Assembly (NCBI RefSeq): GCF_009914755.1
Contig: NC_060947.1
Direction: 5' to 3' (one strand)
DNA length: 64,000 bases
DNA from: the human T2T-CHM13v2.0 reference genome, Homo sapiens
The notes below the pieces were generated by a model that ran no database searches, was not told the origin of the DNA, and was given only the letters and a program-made list of their open reading frames with translations. A program made the position numbers and the translations under genes. Below, piece after piece: positions 30,190-60,911 of the stretch; within the stretch, counting starts at the first letter, position 1, and every line of letters starts with the position of its first letter.

Positions 30190-30460
30190 TTCTTTTTCTT
30201 TTTCTTTATTTTGGAGACAGAGTCTTGGTCTGTCGCCCAGGAGTGCAGTGGTGCGATCTCGGCTCACTGCAACCTCAGCCTCCCAAGTAGTTGGGATTAC
30301 AGGCATGCACCACCATACCCGGCTAATTTTTGTATTTTTAGTAGAGACGGGGTTTTGTCATGTTGGCCAGGCTGGTCTCAAACTCCTGACCTCAAGTGAT
30401 CCACCCACCTTGGCCTCCCAAATGCTGGGATTATAGGCGTGAGCCACCACACCCAACCCT
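30190..30460 (-). mobile_element. Alu SINE
   Basis: Antisense Alu with an internal deletion. Confidence 0.93.
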
Positions 30461-30899
30461 CACTGCCTTTCTGAACTGGCATATGGTCCAGGCAGAGGGA
30501 AAAGGAGATGTCACACATACCTCATGTCTGGATTTGGTATGTGAAAAGGTCACTAATTCCTGATATAGCACCCCGAAAGAGCTCAGAGCTTTCAAACCTT
30601 GGAACAGAAACCGTAATACAGACCACAGACCTCACACTCTGAGACACAGACCCAAACACCTCTCAGAGAACATAAACCTCAGACAAAGACCCCTAAATTG
30701 TTCAAACGCTTCATACCCCACAGACCAGTGGTTCTCAACCAGAGGCGATTCTGCCCCGCAAAGAACATTTGGCAATATCTAAGGACATTTTGGCTGTCAC
30801 AAATATGTGTTGCGGGCGTGCTACTGTCATCTGTGAGTTGAAGCCAGGGATACAGCTTGCCAGTGTCCTTTAGCCAAAGACCCCCGCCCCACCCAGGAA

Positions 30900-32047
<1,148 letters not shown>

Positions 32048-32057
32048 GCTAAACGTC

Positions 32058-32520
32058 TCTTATGGGTGAAATTATGTCCCCTCAAAATTCCTACGTTGAA
32101 GTCCTAAACCCCAGTACCTCAGAATGTGACCTTATTTGGAAATAGGGTTGTTGCAGATGTAATTAGTTAAGTTAGAGATCATGCTGGAGTAGAGTGGGCC
32201 CCTAATCCTGCGCCACTGGTGTCTTTATAAAAAGCGGAAATTTGGACACAAGACACACAGGGAGAATGCAAGGTAAAGATGAAAGCAGAGATGGGGTGAT
32301 GCAGCAGACACCAGGGAACAGCAAAGATTGCCAGCAGGCATGAGAAGCTAGGAAAGATGCAGGGCACACATTCCCCTCATAGGCCCCAAAGGAACCAACC
32401 CTGCCAACATCTTGATCTCACACTTCCAGCCTCCAGAATTGTGAGACAATACATTTCTGCTATTTAAGTTACCCAGATTGTGGTACTTTGTCATGACAGC
32501 AGCCCTAGTAAACAAATACA
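32058..32520 (+). mobile_element. MLT1B/C MaLR solo LTR
   Basis: tgtcccctcaaaattcctacgttgaagtcctaa...cagaatgtgaccttatttggaaatagg...cttccagcctccagaattgtgagac...gcagccctagtaaacaaataca. Confidence 0.88.
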
Positions 32521-33099
32521 ATAGACCCTACAATGCACAGAACAGCCCTCCATAACAAAGAATTTTCTGGTCCAAAATGTCAACAGTCCCAAGGCTGAGG
32601 AACCCTGCCCTGGATACAGAACCGAAAAGTTTTTATTGACCTCATTATCTCTGATAGAAGACAATAAAAACCAGCTGACAGTATACACATCTTTGAACAT
32701 AGTCCTTCAAAGTGCTCAGAAACCTCACACCTTGAACATGGAAGCCCATACAGCCCAGAGAAGACAAGCCTAAAGAGACTACTAACAGGTCAAAGACATC
32801 ATACTCTGGGACAAAGACTACCAAGATGACGAAAGACCTAGCATCTAAAAACATATACCAAATGTTCAGAGACATCACATCATGAGACACAAAACCCAAG
32901 AGAGCTCTGGGTCCAAAGAGCTCAGATATTTCACACCCTGGACACAAACCGGTGAACAACAGCTCATAAATAACCGTGTCATTCATTTCCTGATTTTAAA
33001 AATTGTACTAAGATTATATAAGTAAGCATTAGGAGAAAAAGAGTATATAAGAACTCTCTGCACTATTTTTATAATTTTTTTAAGTCTAAAATGCTTTTA

Positions 33100-34670
<1,571 letters not shown>

Positions 34671-35589
34671 AAAGACACACAAAAAAAGAAAAGAAAAAAA
34701 AACTCTGCACATCCGGGGACAAAGATCCATAAACAGCTTAGAAACCTTGGGACATTCTGGACCAACGTAAACAGAAAAACAGAAAAGAAAAACAAAAAAA
34801 AACAAAAAAAAAAGAAAGAAAAAAGAAACCAACCCTGGGACAGAGACCCACAAAGATCTCAAACACCTAAACCTCTGAGACACAGATTTTCAAACAGCAA
34901 AGAGACTTCACAGTCTTTTTATAAGTCATACCCTGAACTGAGATTCCAAAACAAATCAGACTTCACATCCTGCACACAGTCCTCCAAACTGCAGAGTGTT
35001 GTAATAACTACCCTATGATGAGCTGACTTGACTTGAGAATCACTTTCTTCCTACTACCTACCTACCTCACCAGCCAAACACCTCCCCTGTCTGATGTTTA
35101 AAATCCCATCATTTAAAAGCGTACTCTTTTAAGTCTTGCCCCCACCTTCCAAAATTCTCCTTGTAGTTGCCACAAGCTCTTCAGCATCCCAGAGCGTGAA
35201 ACCATGCATCTCTCTTTTAGTCACTTATAGCCCACCCCATCACACTCCTAGTCAGGCCTGGTCCTGAGGGAAGCCTCCAAATCACCCTCTTCTGGGAGAT
35301 GGGGGCTGGCCTGGAGGAGGATCATGAGATCACCTTGAATCTTATCTGCTGGACTCAGACCTACAGGTAGCCTGAAAGACAAATGCCAGGGACCCTGAAG
35401 AATTTTTCTTAGTGCTGTTGTGAACGGTGAGTGGGTCCTGAAATCAATATAATGGGATGCAATAGGCATTGCTTAAAAAAAGAAAGAATAGGTAAAAGAA
35501 AATGGAAAAGATTACCCGACACACTCTGTGCCAGCCCTTGAGTACAAGCCAATAATGCCAGCTTCTTTTACAGGTGCACAAGTTGAACT

Positions 35590-36220
35590 TCCCAGACGGG
35601 ATTCGAACCTACGATCTCCAGTAGCCAAAGCCCTGCCTCGGCAACCCTGAACGCCAACCCAGGAGCCAAAGCGCTTGCGCCGAAACAGCAGCCAATAGGA
35701 ACGCGGAGCCGAAGGACCCGGCCTGTAGCCTCTTAGTGATTCCGGAAAACCTCGGTACCCTGGAAGAGCTTAGGTAGGCAGTCTCGCGGTGACCAATCAG
35801 AGCTCAGGGCAAGACTTTGTCCCGCCCTACGCAACTCGTCCAGGAAGCAATCGCCGCTCCGCGGCCTTCCTCCTCACCCCACCCCCGGAGTTGATTCGCA
35901 TCTGTATAGCCAACCCGGCGGGAACGGATATATTAATAAAAGCTTGGTGGCGGCGGCTTCCAGACAGGTGGACGCTTTAGGCCGAAGATCGGGTCCGCCC
36001 GGCGCGGGGGTCGGTCCAGGCAGAGCCATTCTCTCCTCGGTCTAGGGTGGAGGCCGATCCACTCGCGGGATGAGGAGACCTTTCGTGTCTCCACTAGTAC
36101 AATGGTATCTTCCGAAATACACGACCCCTCCCCTGTGGTACCTCCCATGACCGTAGTGGTATGGTCCTGGAGCTGCACAGTCTAGTCGTTAACCCTTCAT
36201 TCCCACCGCTCACGCTCCCC
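35590..36220. promoter_or_regulatory. Orphan CpG-rich promoter-like island
   Basis: Sharp rise in CpG density over CpG-poor flanks; CCAAT at 35692 and 35793, TCTCGCG at 35782, GC box gtcccgccc at 35819, TATATTAATAAAA at about 35929, B-box at 35599. Confidence 0.75.
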
Positions 36221-37205
36221 TTGTGTGTGCGACAAGGACTCTTTCATGTCAGTGTCAAGTGAATCAATCTTCAGTTCACCGCAAAAGAACTAAATGGACT
36301 CTTTCATGCCTTCCTCCTGCCCACGTTCCAGCCCTGTCTCCCCCAACCGACGTCCCCCAGAGCACTGTCCCTGCCCCATACCCTGATGATTCGTTTGAGA
36401 GCAAAGGCCCAAGCGTCCAAACCCTTGCTGCAGAGCCACCGCCCATTAATGGGCATTCATTCCCGAGGCCACTGATGGAAGTCTGCCTTTGTGTGGCAGC
36501 ATTTATCAAAATAAAAAGCAGACACCCCTCCTTACTGGAATGTCACCACCACGAAGGTAGGGAGGGATATGTGTATTTCTAGACCCCCCAAAGTCTCTGC
36601 CTGAAACTGCCCTGCACACAGTAGGTGCTCAAAAGGGGATTTGTTGAATAAATGACTCCTTTGGCGTGGCAGTTTCACTTTTAAGTATGTGTTCTAAGGA
36701 AATAATCATACATACGTGCACAGTCCTGTGTGCACAAGAATGGAAGGAGCAAACAACTAAGGGAGAAAACGGCAAATGCTTAAAGGCGATTATACCATAG
36801 AGTACCAGCTGGCTGTGAAACAGAATGAGACCTCATTACTGGAAACACCCAGATAGCTCAGGGAGTTCACATCATTGCACACAGAGCACAAAAGAGCTCA
36901 GAGATCTCACACCGTGGGATACAGAGTCCAAAACAGTTCAGGGAACTCACACTGAACACAGACCACAAAACAAAATTAGAGAACTCAATAATGGAACATA
37001 TCTTAATAGATTCCCAGTCATTTCATAGGTCTCATCCTCGTCACAAAATCCTACAAACATTTCAGAGACCTCACCCTGGGACACAAAGGCCGAAACACCT
37101 CAGGGACGTTGCACGCTGGGAAAACAAATCCCAAACACCTTACATACCTCATATCCTGGACGCAGACTCCAAAACAGCTCGGAGACCTCACCACCTGGGA
37201 TATAG

Positions 37206-39873
<2,668 letters not shown>

Positions 39874-40728
39874 AAAAATTTATTATTTTATCAGTTTCTT
39901 TGGCGTGAGTTGAGGAAATCGTATGTCCTTTATACTTAACTAGACTGTATTGGTTTGTATCTGACTTTCTACTATTTTTGATATTGAATGAACCATTGGA
40001 TAGTACTCAAAGAGCTTCAAAAGGACTTTTTTCTCGTTAACATATGTCTACTGTTCAGAAAATTTATCACGAAATTTATACCTACATTTTAGCAGTTGGA
40101 GAGTTAAATAAACACAAAAAACAGATTCTAGCAACCCCAAGAACTGAAAAGATTGAATTTGATCATCTCACAGTGCTCTGTTACACGTCGTTATGCATAA
40201 ACAAATCCTAAGAACTCGTGAATTTACCACAAATTGTACTGGATATTCAATGCAAATAAAGCCAATTTTGTGCTTACTTGTGAGGGAGAGCTGTACTTGT
40301 CAGACGATATATTCCGGAACAAAGCCAGACCTTTGGGAAAGTTTTGGGAAGCCAGGTCTTCAGTGATGGGCACACATTGAGAAGCGGGAGGCTGGAGAGG
40401 CAGGCCATGGGGCTTTCTAGCATGTTCCTCTACTCACGGCAGTAAGGCTGCTATCGAGGTGCAACTTTAAAATGGCGGCGACAGGAAGGATTGCTCGCTG
40501 ATTGGCTGTTGTGTAGAAGGGTGGGGCTGTCACTGATTGGCTGACTTTGGCTGACTTTCATGGGGTCCATTGCTAATTGGCTGAGTTTCAGGACTGAGCG
40601 TATCACCTAGTGATAATTGAGTATACTTCCTGATTTGCTTGTCCCTTCTCTTAGTGTACATGGAGGGATGGAATTTCTGGGTCACCAGGGATGCATATCT
40701 TTAAATTTTCCTAAATAATTTCAAATGC

Positions 40729-43275
<2,547 letters not shown>

Positions 43276-43339
43276 TGAGCCATTGCGCCCCGCCAAAAGT
43301 TGTTTCTTTGGAGCAAAATAGGTGATAATGCCAACGTAT

Positions 43340-43722
43340 TCGCTTGCTAAGATTTCCATTACAGAATACCACAGGCTGGGTGGCTTAAACAACAGAGTTT
43401 ATTTTCTCACAGTCTAGAGGCTGGAAATCAAAGATCAAGGTGTCAGCAGGGTTGGTTTCTTCTGAAGCCCGTCTCCTTGGTTTGTAGACAGCCACCTCTT
43501 CCCCGTGTCTCCACACGGTCCTTCCTCCTTGTGCACCCATGTTTGTGTCCTGATCTCCTCTCCTTATAAGGGCCACAAGACAGATTGAATTGCAGCCCAC
43601 CCTGCCAACCTCATTTTAACGTAATCACATCTTTAAAGGCCCTATCTCCAAATACACTCACATTCTGAAGTACTAGGGGCTTTAACATATGAATTGGAGG
43701 GGGACAAAATTCAGTCTATAAC
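43340..43722 (-). mobile_element. MaLR LTR (MLT1A/MST-type)
   Basis: accacaggctgggtggcttaaacaacagagtttattttctcacagt...aagatcaaggtgtcagcagggttggtttcttctga...aacatatgaattggagggggacaaaattcagtctataaca. Confidence 0.88.
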
Positions 43723-43929
43723 AGCCAGAGATGAATGTTATCTATTTGCGTGAGATGAGGAAAGAGTAGGAGGCAGCTGGCTGCATCTGGGCTGTGTTGG
43801 TTTGCTTTGGGAAGAGCTCATCAGGTATGGGCAGGTTGCTCACTCAGTGGTGGACATGGGTAGCAACACATGCTTTGTCAATGAAAATACATAATCATGA
43901 CCTCATCGTTTTGGTAAAAAAATAACAAT

Positions 43930-44540
<611 letters not shown>

Positions 44541-44844
44541 ACAAAGATGTAAACTAAAAAAAAAAACACTCCAAATCCCACTACCAACAAATAACCAACG
44601 TTCACACCATGCTGTCTCCACATACACAGATAGAAGGCAAGAACACTGGAGCAAAAAAAAAAAAAACTGGAGCAAAAAACAAAAAAACAACACTGGAGCC
44701 AAAAATAAAAGAAGGCAAGAACACTGGGTTGAGAGACAGAAAGAAACAAAAGCAATTTTTACAAATGTGTGTGTACTATAAGTGTTAAAGTAAAAGTTGT
44801 TATACTTTTCTGCAATTGAATCAACAGAAGAAAACCAAATGGTT

Positions 44845-45925
<1,081 letters not shown>

Positions 45926-46602
45926 CAGGGTGCAGGCATTGTTCTACCTACACAGGAGGAAGGGAGGGAGCGTACAGGGAGGTGGCCATCCACAAAAGTT
46001 TGGGTTTTTCTTGGAGGGAAGGCGTGGAAACACCACGGGCCCCAAGACTGGGAGAGCAGGGTTGACTCTGAGCTGCGTTTGCAGGTGGCAGTGAAACAGC
46101 CGACAGATGGAAGCTGAAAGGCTACCAGAATATCCACTCTTCCCCAGGGACTCCGATGCAGGGTTAGGGGCTCTGAGTGGAGGCAGTGTCAAGGCCTCAG
46201 CTGAAGGCAGGTCGTTAGCTCTGAAAGCAGCACCAGCTCCCCTGTGACAGGGGAGCTCTCTGTCTTTCTCTGGCAGCCCTTGACTCCATGCCACTCCCCC
46301 TGCCCCTGCCCTACCTCCTGCCTCCAAGGGCCTCCCACATTCCCAGGAATGCAGACTTCACCTTTCTCTTCTGTCTCCCTTAAACCCAGTCAGCCTCAGC
46401 AGTTTAGGGCTATAAAGTCCAGCAGAAACCATCTTGTCTAACCCCCTCACTGAACAAACGGGGAAATGAGCCCCTGGCTCTGTCCCAGGAATCCCTTATA
46501 TACACTCAGAGTGACTTCTTCAAGGACAACCAAAAATGACCTTAATCCCAGGGGAAGAGAAATCCTCGCCCCTACTAGGTGGCAGTCTCTACACCTTCCC
46601 TA

Positions 46603-47733
<1,131 letters not shown>

Positions 47734-47971
47734 TCTAATAGGGCTTTCTGTTACTTAAAGGGGAAGAATGCCTAACTGCCAAAGTCTCTTTACACATAAT
47801 CTCTTAACTACCCTTAGGATGGCCAGGCTAGGTTCTAGCATGCCCATTTTATGGACAGGGAAACTGAGCTACCGAGCCTATGTGATTTCAGTGTTTGTCC
47901 TCAAGTCCTCAGAAACTCCAGATTTGAGAGAAAGGCAGGCATTTTCTTTGGAGTAGAAATACACTCTCTAA

Positions 47972-50185
<2,214 letters not shown>

Positions 50186-50854
50186 AATGGGGAGGAGGAG
50201 AAAGAAATGCATCTGCTAAACAAGCGCTGTCCCAGCGCATTGGTGGGCCTGTGTTTGCAGGAACACCAACTGGCCCTGAAGGTGGCCATGGTTTGGGAAG
50301 CCCTGGCTGCTGCCTCTCTGGTTCTCTGGGCTTTGTCCTGGGAGATGTGCTGGGGCCAGCAGTGGATGGGGAAGAAGCACGGTAGGTCTCTGTTACTCAA
50401 CAGAAAGTGCCTCCATTCTAAGGAGACAAGAAATCGTCTGCTGGAAACATTTAGTGAAACCAAAGCTATCTTGGATCCGTTTATGGAAAGGAGTGGCTGA
50501 GTTCTACCAGATGTACCCTGAAGCCTGTTACCAAAGCCAAGCCAAGCGTCAGCACCAAGCAGTACCTCATTCACCTCTGGATCTCTGAAGAACAGGGTCC
50601 CACGTCCAGGAGCCTCCCACAATGGAGCCAGTGTCCAGGTTGGAGGTGCAGATGCTCTCCTGGTTACCACCTCTGCTCTGGCCTGGTTCCCTTCACCCTG
50701 GACAGAGCTCTTCCTGCAGTAGAGGAAAGAGCCATCTCCTGGAAGCCAGGAGGTCCTTCTGGAAGAATGCTTCCCTGTCCCTGAGCTTCCCAGTGTGCAG
50801 AGAGCTTCTCCACACAGGATTTGATCCACTGTATTGAGGAATTCCTTCTCCTGC

Positions 50855-51230
50855 AGTAACAAACCAACCCGACAATGCCATGGCTTCACACGCTAATAAA
50901 AGTTTATTTCTTGCTCTCATCACAGACTGCTGTGGGTGTTCCTGGTTGATGAGCGGACTTCCATGTGGGGGCTAAGGACTCCAGCCTCCTTGGACACTGT
51001 GGCCTCACCACCCTCCACTAGGGCTCAAGAACTCCAAAACATAGACAAAGAGCAATGGGGAAAGCACTACTGCTTCTTAAGGACACAAACCATTTTAGCT
51101 CAAGTTCCATTTGGGAGAACTGGTCGCATGGCCCCACCCAGGGGCAAGGGACAGTGGGAAGTGGAACTTCTGGCTGGACAGCTATTTTGCAACAGCTCAA
51201 CGTGCGTGACTTTTGGGAGCAGCTAAACAT
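50855..51230 (-). mobile_element. Old MLT1 (J/K-like) LTR fragment
   Basis: gtaacaaac...ggcttcac...aaagtttatttcttgctc...gtcgcatggccccacc resembles old MaLR LTRs. Confidence 0.55.
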
Positions 51231-51799
51231 CACTGTGACACCCTGTCAGATGGGTATCATCCCCGTATTACTGATCAGGAATCTGACGGTCAATGCAGGC
51301 AACGGACTCACTCCAGGTCACTTAGCTAGATTCGTTATCATGATCACAAACTAGGTGTCCCCTCTTCCAGCTCCTGGCCTGATGCCACCTTGATCAGCCA
51401 GCTCACTGCTTTGAATTTTAGGAAGAGTCTCAGGCCTCCTCATCCAGAGGGTGCTTTACTTTATAAAGCAGTTTTAACCTGAGAACTTCACCTCATCCTC
51501 AAAATGTCCTGGTGAGGGAAGCAGGAAGCCAGTGATCCCCATTTAACAGATTAAAAAAAAAAAAAAAGCAACTGAGTACAATCAGTTCTGAAGAGCAGTG
51601 AAAAGCCCAAGGTCCCAGGCACTGCAGACCTTCCCAGCAATAGATTCCAGATGTTTCTCTTCCTCCGGTATCCTCAATGTCCATGAAAAGAGGCAGGCTG
51701 TGGGTCTTCCACATTGATGAAAAGTGAAGCCCACATTCTAGAACCCATGTGTCATGTGCACTGCTTAGGTGATATTCAAACTTTCCCCCCTTTCGTCAG

Positions 51800-53530
51800 T
51801 GACTCCTGAATGTGCACCTCCAGCATCATTCCTTCCCCAATGTGTGTGACCCCAGGGGCACCCTCTCCTCATTCTGTGTGACAGCACAGCTGTCCACCCC
51901 ATAGTCTGTCTGACCCCAGGAGTGTCCACTTACCAGTCTGTATGACATGAGTGTTCACACTCTTGTGATGACAGAGGTGTCCCCACCGCAGGGTGTGTGA
52001 CTCTAGGAGTGTCCAAACCCCTATCTGTGTGACTACAGTTGTGTCCACATGCCAGTATGTGTGGCCCCAGGAGTGCCTACCTCCAAAGTTGTGTGACACC
52101 AGCAGTATACAGCCAGTCTGTGTGACCCCAGGAAGGTCTACAACTCAGTGTGTGTGAGTGTTCAAACCCCCATGTGAGTGACCCACGGGAGTGCTGACCC
52201 CCCATGTGTAGTACCCCATGACAGTCTGCTGCCCTTCCTATGTGATCCCAGGAAGCACACTGCCCAGGGTGTGTTACTCCATTTACAAGACCCCAGCGAT
52301 GTTCACACCTGATCTGTGTGAGCCCAGGATAATTCACATTCCAGTCTGTGTAACCCGAGGGCCGCCCCACACTGCAGCTGCTGTGACCTCAGCAGTATCT
52401 ACTCCCAAATCTGCATACCGAGGAGTGTCCATGACTATCCTGGGTGACCACGGCAGCATCCACAACTCAGTCTGTGACCCCAGGGGTGCCAATTCATCAT
52501 TTTTTTTTGGACCACAGGAATATCCACTTCCCTAAAACTGAGATTGCAGGAATGTTCCTAACACAGCCTACGTGACCACAGGACTGTCCCCCCCTTAGTC
52601 ACTGTGGCCCCAGGAGTGTCCACACCCCAGTCTGTGTAACACTAGGAGTACCTGGTCCACAATGTGTGATTTCAGGGGTGCCTGCCGCCCAGTGTGTTTA
52701 ATATTAGGAGTGTCCCAAACCCCCTGTGTGACCCTGGAAGTGTCCACTCTCCAGTATGGGTGGCCCTTGGAGTGTTCACACCTCTGTCTATATGACCCCA
52801 AGTCTGTCCACAGTCCAGTCTGAGTGACTCTAGCGATGTCGAAACCCCCATCTTTGTGACCGGCCAGCACTCTAGGTGACCTCACAATTGCCCACACCTC
52901 AGGCTGTATGAGCCCAGGAGTGGCCACATTCCAGTCCGAGAGGCCCCAAGAGGCTCTACATTCCAATCTGTGTGAACCCAGGGACGTGCACACCCCAGAC
53001 TATCTGACCTTTAGGATGTCCACATCCTCGTGTATGTGACCCTAAGAATGTCCACTAGCCAGTCTGGATGACTCAGGAGTGTCTGCTTCCCGGTCTACGT
53101 GGGAAATGTCCACATACAAATCTATGTGACCCTGGGAATGTCCACACTCCAATCATTGGGACCCCAAGACTGCCCACCCCTCAGTTTGTTTGACAACAAG
53201 AGTGTTGACACCCTAGTCAATCTGACCCCAGAAGTGCCTGCATCCCCCTCTGTGTGACCCCGAAAGTGTGCATTCTCCAGTGTGTGTGATTCCTGGAGTG
53301 TCCGCTCTGCAGTGTGTGTGAGACTCCTGGAATGTCTGGAACCCCATCTGAGTAACCCACAGCTGTCCACATGCCAGTGTGTGCTGCCTCAGGTGGCATT
53401 CACACTTCTATCTGTGTGACCCCAGGAGTGCTCACACCCCACTCTGTGACTCCAGGATTATCCACACCCCTGTCTTTATGACTGCAAGGTTGTCTACACA
53501 ACAGTCGTGTGATCGATCCCAGGAGTATAC
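51800..53530. repeat. Degenerate 32-bp tandem array (approx. GTGTGACCCCAGGAGTGTCCACACCCCAGTCT), about 50 units
   Basis: TGAC/TGGC anchors at 51911/51943 and 52030/52062/52094 give period 32; the motif is visible continuously over 1.7 kb. Confidence 0.9.
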
Positions 53531-54146
53531 ACACAACAATTGCACAACAGCAGGTTCCAAGACAGTACTAAGTTCCTCACCACCGCCACTCCTGCACACC
53601 CTCTGTGGTGCGACCTGTGAGGGGCTGTTCATGCCTCAATTCAATGGATCATTTTGTCCCAAGCTCCCTCCAACACCATTAAGTGGTCTCTTCTATTCCT
53701 ATTGCCCCTCTGTCTCTCCAGTGGACCATTCAATTTCCATCCCCCACTTCCCAACCACATGTACACACACAGGTGCCCACCTGCATACACATATATGTGC
53801 ATGCACATCCCCAAATAGACCATCCCAGCATCAGACCCTGCACAGCTTGTAGGGAGCAAAGATCAAGGAAGCCAACCCCCTGCTGCAGGCCCCACCCCAT
53901 AGAGAGTAGTGGGGAGGAAATCAGGAAATGCATTCCTGATGAGAGTAAAACCTTCTAGGACCTTGTGAAGCATCTACAGAAATCAATATTGGACACTCTC
54001 CCCACTACCCCCAGCTCCATGTGGGCAGGGACATTTGTCTGCCTTATTTTCTGTTGTCTGGCCAGCACTTAGAACAGTGCTGGGCACACAGTACACACAC
54101 ATTAGGTGTTTGTTGAATGAATGAAACTTGATCCAGCAATTCCACT

Positions 54147-54459
<313 letters not shown>

Positions 54460-54654
54460 GAGCAATTCCACTTCTAACTCTAACACTCACACATGTGCAC
54501 AAAGCTGTGTGCACAAGGCTGGTGGGAGCAGATCAGAAAAACCTTGTAAATGTCCATTTATAAAGAATGACTGTTGCAGAGTGAAATGAATGATGGAGGT
54601 TCATGTCGCTCCACAGAGCACTTGCTGGACATGATACAGAATGAAGGGGACCTG

Positions 54655-57060
<2,406 letters not shown>

Positions 57061-57076
57061 TAATAAGGGGTGGACT

Positions 57077-57849
<773 letters not shown>

Positions 57850-58286
57850 CCCAGCAATTCCACTTCTAATTCTAGTACTCAGACATGTGCACAGAGCTGT
57901 GGGAACAAGGCTGGTAGGAACAAACAACCAGGAAAATCTTGTAAATGTTCACTGATACCCAAGGACTATTGCAGAGTGAAACGAATAATGAGGGTTCATG
58001 TTACAGCACAGAGTGCCCACTGGACGTGACACAGAATGGATGGGACTTGTGTGTACCTGCAAGGGTGGGGGTTATCTTCTACAGGATGTGCTATAGGCAG
58101 GGAAAAGCAAGGGGGAGTCAGTTACAGTGACCTAGTGCATGTGTGTAGTGTGCGCACACACACACTATGGAAACACAGGGAACTGTATCTGGAAGGAAAC
58201 ACCAGAATCTGACCCCAGTGGTCATTCTGGGGGAATGGGGATAGAGATGATTGCTAGAGTCCATGTACTGATGTGTTGTTCAAATC

Positions 58287-60050
<1,764 letters not shown>

Positions 60051-60127
60051 TCAGTGTTAACAAGAAGTAATCCCTTACACACATCCACTTTAAGCTTTCA
60101 ATTTTGAGGCCCTGAATTTAATGTTAA

Positions 60128-60373
<246 letters not shown>

Positions 60374-60911
60374 TGAAACTGGTCTAGTAACCTGTTTCCC
60401 TTCTCTGCGGGCTCCCATTTCCTGTCCTCCTCTCTCCCTTTCTCTTTCAGAGACAAGCAGAGGGCAGCAGAGGCCCATGGAAAGGCCCGGCTCTAAGCCA
60501 TGGAGGGCCCTGTGCTCAGGTGTGCAGGGCTGGGCCGGGGCTGAGGGCTGGCTCCTCCCCCAGTTTAGCCAGGGACAGGTGGAGAGATACAAAGGTGGCT
60601 CACGCAGGGTGCCCCCAAAGCTGTCATGATTAAGGCCATGTGGAGAGAGGCTAGGAAACACAGCGCTGACCTTGAGCTTTAGGAGAGGAATTCAGAGGCC
60701 CCTGGCAACCTGAAGGGGACCTTGAAGAGGACCCTGTAGGAAGACAGAACACTTCCCTGTAGAGGAGGCCAAAGGAGGAAGGACATGGTGTTCCGGGCAC
60801 TCTGACTATAGGGATTTTATATGCTGTGGTGAGAAATAAAATGGATTATATTTTTGTAGAGTGTGTAAAACGGGGCTTGGCACACAGTAAGCCTTGTGTG
60901 ATTACTATGTC

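Noticed and set aside
35570-35645. tRNA gene
   Set aside because: A T-loop/B-box is present, but no acceptor stem, D arm or anticodon arm could be built; the context is MIR-like.
36223-36582. 119-aa ORF next to the CpG island
   Set aside because: GTG start, no recognisable domain; cannot be supported as coding from sequence alone.
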